Of a stretch of 46,371 nt of DNA, positions 37,861 through 46,371 are shown one piece after another. How positions within the stretch are numbered: position 1 is the stretch's first letter; each line of letters opens with the position of its first letter. The notes beneath the pieces were generated by a model. The model ran no database searches, was not told the origin of the DNA, and worked only from the letters and a program-made list of their open reading frames with translations. This DNA is from Octopus sinensis (Eukaryota): positions 1-46,371 of the forward strand of contig NW_021829921.1 of assembly GCF_006345805.1 (NCBI RefSeq), given 5' to 3'. The translations under genes and the position numbers were made by a program.

Positions 37861-38558
37861 TCTCTCTAATTGCAATAAAATTACATTATCATATCACACA
37901 AGAAAATTCATTGTCGAATATACCGGATAACATACATCGCATGATGGAAACCAGTTGACGTCGCATACATTTTCATTCCTTTATTTTTATAAATGTTTAA
38001 ACATGCTCGTAATAATGAATAGAAACTGCTAAACATGGTACCAAACCATCTAACCATTCTGTCAAATCACTGCTCTGATCTGTTATAGGTACTAGTTTTT
38101 TTCTGTCACAGGTAATAATGAGTTGGTGTTTGAACTCAGAACGCAATGAGTCGGAACAAATGTTATATAAAAATCCCAAATCAAATATAAGATTATCTAG
38201 ATGATATTTTTTGTGATATTTTTAGAAAAAAAGTCCTTCATTACCAGTTATTGGTCACAGTCGTTTATTTTCCTTGGAGGTTTGAACATAATTTATCAAA
38301 ATCTTCTATGTTCATGACAGGTAAGAAACATGCGTACTCCACTCTTTCTTTGTTATTCCCTCCCTGGGGTACTTATTGTTGCATTTTAAGAGAATCGGTT
38401 TGGCAAAAATACAAACTATTGCAATTAAATTCTTCTTATTTTCTTTATTAATTGATTAATTTATAAGGCTAGTTTTTCTTTATAAATCTACATACCTGTG
38501 GGTCTATTTACCTATATTATTCTCCACGAGCGCCTACACAGATTAGTGTGTTTTTCTG

Positions 38559-38595
<37 letters not shown>

Positions 38596-38600
<5 letters not shown>

Positions 38601-38803
38601 GAGCGGCTGCGTGGTAAGTAGCATGCTTACCAAATGTGCAAGAGTGGATGTGTGGTAAGTAGCTTGCCTACCAAGCACATAGTTCCGGGTTCAGTCCTAC
38701 TGCGTAGCAACTTGGGAAAGTGTCTTCGACTATAGCTTCGGGCCGACCAAAGCCTTGTGAGTGGATTTGGTTGACGGAAACTGAAAGAAGCCCGTCGTAT
38801 ATA

Positions 38804-38870
<67 letters not shown>

Positions 38871-39091
38871 GTAGATAGATATGTGTGTGTGTGTATGTTT
38901 GTGTGTTTGTGTGTCTGAGTTTGTCCCCCAACATCGTGTGTTTACGTCCCTGTAACCTAACGGTTCGGCAAAAGAGACCGATAAAATAAGTACTAGACTT
39001 ACAAAGAATAAGTCCTGGGGTAGATTTCTTTGACTAAAGGCGGTGCTCCAGCACGGCCGCAGTCAAATCTCTAAAACAAGTAAAAGAGTAA
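38596..39091 (+). mobile_element. Full-length SINE family C with duplicated head and internal (TA)n(TAGA)n(TG)n
   Basis: Matches 9086-9511 reversed, with the first ~40 nt present twice. Confidence 0.88.
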
Positions 39092-40019
39092 ATATATATA
39101 TGCGTGTGTGTGTGTGTGTGTGTGCATACATAAATGTATAGCTTACAGTCATTTAGTTAAAATTTTTGGAATCAGAGATGGAGGTCTATGTTTTTGTAGT
39201 TATAGCCTATGTTGTACTTGGACTATCATAAATTTCCGCTTTTTTTTTTAGTAAAAAAAAGAAAGCTTTTTATCCTATAATCAAAAAGAAACTCGATATT
39301 TACTCTGTAGTAAAGATACATTTAAAGTATTAATATTAGTGAAACATAAATTAACTTTGAGCTAACCAAATCCAACAAACCATCTGCTGGGCGAAGCTGA
39401 GAGAGGAACAGTGTCACTTGTTAAGACTGCTTTTATGAGGTGATATCAAAGCCATAACCAAAATTGAACCTTTCGATATGCTGGTTTTTCTATGTATTAC
39501 ATAAATCTTCAACGTATTTATCTTCAAACGGAACGGTGCTATGAAGCCGGACTTCAGTTAGCAAACAAACGCCAAGCAAAGAAAAACCGGATTCATCCTT
39601 ATAATATTGGATACACTCACAAAATCTGCCCGCATGGAGATCATGTGGATTCAATCAATGCAAATAGTAGAGGTTGATCGATTCTTCACTTCAAAGGAAT
39701 AGTTGACACGCTACTAAAAATGTGTTGCTAATACGACTCCAAGAAAGAAACGATAAACTATTCAGTCAAGTTCAGCCAATATACCGCAATAAATGTTATT
39801 ACAAAAGCAATAAGTAATATATAACATGAAACTACTAAAGGATAAAGTTATATTAAAGGATAAAGTTAGAAACATTAAAAGGCAAAAGTGAAAGTGTAAA
39901 AGAATATGTAGGACAGAAGTGTGCTTGAATAAAGAAAAGTAAATGCTTCCATTCACGACGCATAATTGAATCAAGAATATTCAAACATAGAAAAGAGTTT
40001 TATATATATATATGTATAT

Positions 40020-40255
40020 ATACAAATAAATGAAAGAATGGAGTTGAACGACGAATTAACAAATTTTTGTAATTCGTCGTTCAACTCCATTCTTTCATTT
40101 ATTTGTATTTAAAAAAACAAAAAATTTCCACACGATAGCACGTGATCTCTGCCTAGGCATGTAGCTTCAACCGGGTTTCTCTGACGTGAATTTGCTACCC
40201 AGGTATCGGTTAACCGAATTATCCACAATAAGATAATTCATTCAACTACTCAATT
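40020..40255 (+). mobile_element. pLTR-like scrap: perfect 39-bp inverted repeat plus tail
   Basis: 40020-40058 is the exact reverse complement of 40070-40108. The tail runs to ~40255, followed by (TATC)n/(TA)n. Confidence 0.75.
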
Positions 40256-40256
40256 A

Positions 40257-40337
<81 letters not shown>

Positions 40338-40356
40338 ATATATATATATATATATA

Positions 40357-40790
40357 TTTCTTCTTAATCCTTTTTGCCCCTTGTGGAATATAGGGCTTCA
40401 ACAGTTGTTTTTCCAGTTTTTGCGGTCATTGGCGTGTTTCTTGGCTGCTTCCCCATTCAGGCCGGTGGTCCTGAGCTCGTCCAAATGCTCCGCTTCCATG
40501 TCTGCTGCTCCAGGCGTCCTCACTTCCTTTTCCCCAGCGAATTCCAGTCAGGTGCCTGTCGTGTCACATTTGATGATTCTTTCCGCAGTGTCCCCCCGAT
40601 CCATCTCCATTTCTTTCGAGCTAATCTGAACATGTATGGGCTCCTGGTTGGCCCTTTCCCACAGGACGGTGTTTTGCACTCTGTCGAACCACTTCAGATG
40701 GAGGATCTGTCGGAGACATTTGTTGATGAAGGTCTGGATATTCTTGTAGTTGCTGCAGGTGACCCTCCATGTTTCAGAACCATAAAAATC
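40357..40790 (-). mobile_element. 3' fragment of an RTE-clade LINE
   Basis: YGSETW..IQTFINKCLRQILHLKWFDRVQNTVLWERANQEPI, then a frameshifted RKWRWIG.TLRK, ending in a GAAGAA tail. Confidence 0.88.
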
Positions 40791-40990
40791 ACATATTATA
40801 TAATTATTCACTCACAGGAATTCTTGGACACTTCGAACGTTTCCACGTCTTTGCTGAGTTTAAAGATCGCCTTATTCGATGACGAGTTGACTACTACCTC
40901 ATATATGTATGTGTATATACATACATACACATATATTATATATATGTATGTATGTTTATATATATATATTTATATATATTATATATATAT

Positions 40991-41032
<42 letters not shown>

Positions 41033-42719
41033 CTTTGAAAAGAATAGTATTAAGGATAGCTTCGACGTTTTTGGCCAGCAAGCCGTCCTCATCTCATGGA
41101 GGTTCAGATGACCGACACTTCGGAGTCACGCCAATAAGTACTCTAATTACAGAACAATACATTTTTGCTCTCCTGAGATCGATTGAATAATTCTTCAATT
41201 TAGTGTAAAATAGTTTTTATTTTAACATTAAAACAAACATCTATTTATGTATATACTTATATTCATATAAGCAGAAATGCTAGTTCTAAAATCTTTCTAA
41301 GATTTCAACGCAGTGGTTGTACCAACAAGTAATGTTCGTAGCCACTTCAACATGGCTGTCCGTCCTAACGGATTTTTCTGCAATATTTCAATCCCAAGAG
41401 GACATCTCCTCTAGCTGGTTAAGGATGCACAGCCGCATCTGAGATATTGCGAGCAGGGGAGCGAACCCTTACCACTTTCTAGCGACGACACCGTCAGACC
41501 GGCCTGGTTTCGGTCTATTTCTCTCCCTCTTCAAGCGACTTTATGTCGCTTGAAGCTATATATATCGCGAGCAGAAGAAAGTTACTGCTATCTCTAGCAG
41601 ACGAGATGTTCAGTACTGAAGAACCCGTATTTGAGGGTTCGGCCTTTAGAAATAATAGTCAAAATTCATTTAACTATTGTTATATTTCGAGATGGTCATT
41701 CTTTTTCTTGCGAAATAAGCACATGCGAAATAGATTCGTTCTTCAGTTAAGATTTATTATTGTTCTTATTTTATGTCCATTTTCTAGAAATATTCCGTCA
41801 CACATATTGTGACCTCATCAGCGACTCTGCATCTCACGTGTCCCCTCATTTAAATGTTTAAAGAATACATACACACATCGATTATTATAATCTGAGATAC
41901 ACGTCTGGAAAACAAAGCGAATGAAAATATCTAAAATGTCTGATTAGAGTTGACTTGGGTTTAAACAACTACCATTACAACAACAACGATTTTGAGGCGG
42001 CTGAGATATCATTAATTAAAAGCGAAGGTGTTATGTAAATGCGAAAGAAAATATATCCAAGTAAACAGTAATCGTTCAATACAATGAAATAAACTAACTG
42101 TGTTTAATTTCTCCCAGACACCATCTGCATGAAAACATTTAAATTACATTCGATAATACGAAATGCTGATGCAGTAATGAATTAAAATCTAATTCAATCT
42201 AGCTCAATGACAACTATTGTTTCAATCATTTCGACATGTCCGAGACTTGAACATGTTTCAGTTTTATTAAATTTCTCTAGAGAACTATATCCTTTACTGC
42301 AGTAGCCGTAGTAGCATTTATCATAAAGCATATGCATAATAGTGCATACCATTAGTCGTAAAAAATATGACCATATCTAATACAAATATCTTTAAATCTA
42401 TAATGTTAATTACTTAGAAATACGACACGCACAAAGAACCTAAAGTGGAACTAGTTCCAACGTACTTAACACCGCTACATTAAGTATTACCACTGTAGTT
42501 GCATCACTACATTAAATATGTTGGCATTGGATTACTTTTCGGTTTGATAGCTTGACTTCTCTGTTATTTGAGAGAGGCGTAATAGCTTTAAAACTGCCTG
42601 TTAAGAATGGTAAGCGATGGATGTATTATTAAACATAGGCAGAATGATATAAACCCTTTTCTCAATTATTTGCGTCTTGACACTCTTTTAGAAGAAAGAC
42701 GACCTCATAAAGCACTTGC

Positions 42720-43010
42720 CTACATCAAAGAATGGACTTAACGAAGAATTTGCGATGGGATTTAAAGTTAAAAGGTGTGCAAACGAGAAATATAATGCAA
42801 TGTAATTAGATAAAATCATTAGATGATGAAATGATAAAAGGCAAAGAGTTTTAGAAGCAGGAGGTTATATAAACACTCAGTCATTAGAAAGATAGGTACG
42901 CTAAAGGTAAATGACATAAAGGAGAGTTTTGGGAAGGAATACATCAGTAAGTTGAAATTAAAGCTAACATCAAAGATAAATGGTTAATACAAGGATCTAA
43001 CCATTAAAAG
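42720..43010 (+). pseudogene. Ancient R4/Dong-type RT fragment
   Basis: EEFAMGFKVKRCA and DIKESFGKEYISKLKLKLTSKING*YKDLTI resemble the clade motifs DIGMEFGLDKCA and MKEK..KEY.RRL..ILKSKLNG.N. Confidence 0.55.
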
Positions 43011-43389
43011 CTGCACGTAATGCTTTTGAGAGAATGGTGTAGAAAGAAGAGATTAACTAGAATAGCAATATCCGAAAATGACAATATTTGCAGAACTTCA
43101 CTTGTTTCATATTTTCCGTAAAAATGTAAGTAATGGAATAATTTAGGGCGACGAATGAATGCAATTAGCAAATAGTATATAAAATAAGTGTGTTGATTTA
43201 TTATTATTATTATTATTATTATTCTTTTTCTACATAGTTAGATGGAGAAAGAAGTTGTTGATTTGTTTGTGCAGGTCCACCAGGACCGTTTGGTCGATTC
43301 GAAAACAATTACAAAAAGCAAAACTCAACACAAAAAACAACAAAAGAACATATACAAGGAGGGAATTTTAAAGATTAGATATTATTGGA

Positions 43390-43620
43390 GCAAACAATGG
43401 CCATTGTAGTTAGTATGGTTTCTTGAGCATCGATACAATATGAGTAACTCTAGATAAGACAGGAAGAAAGAATATATTTCGAACGAGTATTTGGAGTGTG
43501 TTGGTGGCGATTCTATACAAATCAGCTGAGTTGCCGTTCTTTGGAGTTGGTCTAGGGAATCTATTTGTGGCCAAAAACAGTATTCCAGATGAGTGATAGG
43601 AGCAATATTTTATGGTGAAT
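43390..43620 (-). pseudogene. Ancient CR1/Jockey-group RT C-terminal fragment
   Basis: Minus frames give HLEYCFW..DSLDQLQRTATQLI, TNTLQIL and YNGHC. Confidence 0.45.
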
Positions 43621-44110
43621 CTTTAAGTTATTCATTCAGTGGTTTAGATGTGGTTCATAGCTGATGGTATAAAGCCGTTCGAAAGCTGGAATACGTAATT
43701 AAAGATAAAAAGTGAATGCGAGTTTTAGGGAATGCACGAGTGTTGAAAGGTAGATAGTCATCCTTGGTCACACATGAGAAATTCAGACATAAAGTCGCGT
43801 GTCAGTATTCACAGAACAAGAAAATCTCATGAGAATGGAACGCCTTAGATTCCATTTGGGTACGATTTATAATACGGAGAAATTATATACGGATGACGGA
43901 GGTGTGGAAACGGAATCGTGAAGGAGAAGGAAGGAAGGGATAGAAGGGGTGAAGGGAAAAGGAAGTTGAATAGACGTAACAATAATATTGGTAATAGTCG
44001 AAATACGTGTTGTATCTTTTTTTAAAGATTCCACAAAAGGCCACATTGCATCCTGGAGTAAATAGAACTATGCGCGGTGATATACACATATACATATGAT
44101 ACACACATAG

Positions 44111-44141
<31 letters not shown>

Positions 44142-44144
44142 CGT

Positions 44145-44453
44145 GGAGGCGCAATGGCCCAGTAGCTAGGGCAGCGAACTCGCGGTCGGAGGAACGGTTT
44201 CGATTCCCCAGACCGGGCGTTGTGTGTGTTTTTTTGAGCGAAAACACCTAACGCTCCACGGGGCTCCGGCAGGGGGGGGGGCGATCCCTGTTATGCTCTT
44301 TCGCCACAACTTTCTCTCACTCTTTCTTCTGTTGGCCTGCTCGCTTAGCCAGCGGGGTGGCGTCATTTGAAGGCTAAAACAATGCGAAGGGCATTGTGAC
44401 CAGCGATGTGTAGCAACATCTGATAGCTTGGTCAGTCACAGTGATCACGGTGA
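44145..44453 (+). mobile_element. Full-length SINE family B, tail type 2, inside (TA)n
   Basis: Same head as 31505 and same tail as 14694-14945. Confidence 0.9.
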
Positions 44454-44585
44454 TATATATATACACGAAGAGAAGACCACGGATAGGACTTCTTAAATGC
44501 TACAAACGGCGGTCGCAACACAAACCGCGAAAAGATTCCTAAGGCATTTTGCATGTGGGCAGTAGAAAGAATAAACATTCAGTAA

Positions 44586-44673
44586 ACTTTATACTCATGA
44601 GTTTCGCTATTAATGACTGAATAAATCAATAAATCAATTGATCAGTCTGCCATCTGTAGCTCGTCATTAAAGT
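44586..44673 (-). ncRNA. Type I hammerhead, ATGACGA core variant, in a pLTR-like scrap (44464-44673)
   Basis: ACTTTA-ATGACGA-GCTA..GACTGA/TCAGTC..TAGC-GAAACTC AT GAGTA-TAAAGT. All stems pair, and the core has C3A. Confidence 0.7.
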
Positions 44674-44793
44674 GTGTGTGTATTTATATATACATACATA
44701 CACACACACATATTCAATGATTTTACATGAGAAACAGAGAAGTCAAAACCAATGTTGCGTAAGATTTGCTTAACAAACATCATTTATTTCACA

Positions 44794-45190
44794 CTAGCAA
44801 TATCGACCGGCGTTGCTCGGGTTTGTAAGGGAAATAACTATATAAGCATTTTTAGAGAGTTATAGCCAAAAAATAGCAAAAAAATGCATTAAAAATGGAA
44901 AAAAATGATGGTAAATTTTTTTTTAAATCGTTGACTCATCGTAGACATTTTTAGAGAGTTACTTCCCTTATATAATAGCGAGGAAAATTCATCAAAATGG
45001 AAAACATGATGGTAAATTATTTTAAAAATCGTAGACTCATCGTAGACGCGCGCTAATACCCAGAAGGTCTCGATATGAATCACGACTATAAGATACCCGC
45101 TTTTGGTTAAACTGCACCGCAAAAAGTGGGAGTAGTTAGGAATCTAAATCGTAGGAGACAGACACACAACTTCACTTTTATATATAAAGA
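44794..45190 (-). mobile_element. Non-autonomous Helitron, copy 3
   Basis: On the minus strand A|TCTTTATATATAAAAG...CCGAGCAACGCCGG...CTAG|T, with an internal short duplication. Confidence 0.88.
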
Positions 45191-45519
45191 TTACGTACAG
45201 ATTATTTGTAAGCAGAAATGAATGCCTTTCATAAGTAACGTCGGTTACACCGAAATCTGCGTAACATTGATGTGACTTCTATTTTCCCGTCAGTTAAAAT
45301 TATTGTCATTCACTCTCTGAAGATCATAACATTCCTAGTTGACATACATGCCTGGAAATGGCAAAATTCTCCTTTAATAATTAACTGAATTGTAACCAAT
45401 GTTTCTTTGTTTAATCAAACGGTATAACTATTATGCTGATATTTGAGCACTTCGCTAGCCAGTCTCTTGCATGAAATGTTACTGTGGTATTCGCCTAGAT
45501 TTAATTACTCGTCAATTAT

Positions 45520-45541
45520 GCATATATGTATGTATGTATAT

Positions 45542-45574
<33 letters not shown>

Positions 45575-45611
45575 TCATATATATATATTATTCATATATA
45601 TATATATATTC

Positions 45612-45645
<34 letters not shown>

Positions 45646-45719
45646 TCATATATATATATATATTCATATATATATATATTCTATATATATATATTATATA
45701 TATATATATATCTATATTC

Positions 45720-45751
<32 letters not shown>

Positions 45752-45779
45752 TATTCATATATATATATATATATATATA

Positions 45780-45823
<44 letters not shown>

Positions 45824-46080
45824 GCATATATGTATATGTATAGGATATATATAATATATATGCATACATGTATATGTACAACATATATATAGATATACAT
45901 ACATATATATACATACATATATTATATTCATATATGTGTATGTATATATATATACAATTATGTATATGTTACATATATATATACATATATGTATACACAC
46001 ATATATATATATACATATATGTATATATATGTATATATTATAACAATACATATATATATATATGTGTGTGTGTGTGGTAT
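45520..46080. repeat. Long degenerate (TA)n field with periodic TTCATATA interruptions
   Basis: Directly visible. Confidence 0.95.
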
Positions 46081-46371
46081 GCATGGGTGTACATGTGCAT
46101 GTTACATGTACATATAACTTTTCTATATAATTAATTTAGCCCATTAATCATTGCATTAGTATTGTGTTTCCTATTACATTGCACAATAGGTATTGTTGTA
46201 TGTTATTATTATCACTGTTACACATAAATTAATTGCTCTCATTGCCTCATGTGCTGGAATCTATTTTCTGTTGTGTACGTATATAACGAAGTTTAAATTA
46301 AATTAATTTATGTGACAAATTAATCAGCTGTAATAGCTTTTATCTTGTTAACGTTTGTTAGAGACAGAATG

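Noticed and set aside
39380-39680. Possible host exon (more balanced composition)
   Set aside because: No recognisable protein motif or convincing splice-site pair. RNA-seq would be needed.
40374-41030. 218-aa plus-strand ORF
   Set aside because: It is antisense to the RTE fragment and runs into (TA)n.
1288-46134. Many ORFs rich in YI/IY, HT, CV and MYVC
   Set aside because: They are translations of (TA)n, (CA)n and (TATG)n microsatellites, which lack stops in some frames.

Overview
AT-rich, microsatellite-dense eukaryotic DNA made almost entirely of repeats. The SINE families look to me like coleoid cephalopod (Octopus-type) repeats; this is recognition only and was not checked against a database. 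I find no supportable host protein-coding exon, so the window is probably intronic or intergenic, and nearly all listed ORFs are microsatellite or repeat artefacts. Recognisable content: three tRNA-headed SINE families (many copies, some tandem), three non-autonomous Helitrons, a decayed DD36E Tc1-like element, a hAT (Buster/Charlie-like) fossil, a mariner/maT-like fragment, a 5'-truncated R4/Dong LINE in (TAA)n, and RTE and CR1-like LINE scraps. The most notable signal is not visible in the ORF track. About ten short, mostly inverted-repeat elements, generally embedded in (TA)n, carry minimal type I hammerhead ribozymes with palindromic stem III, as in Penelope-like pseudo-LTRs and retrozymes. 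Five to six have canonical cores, others carry core variants, one forms a 556-nt tandem unit, and several unrelated families share structured terminal tail motifs.
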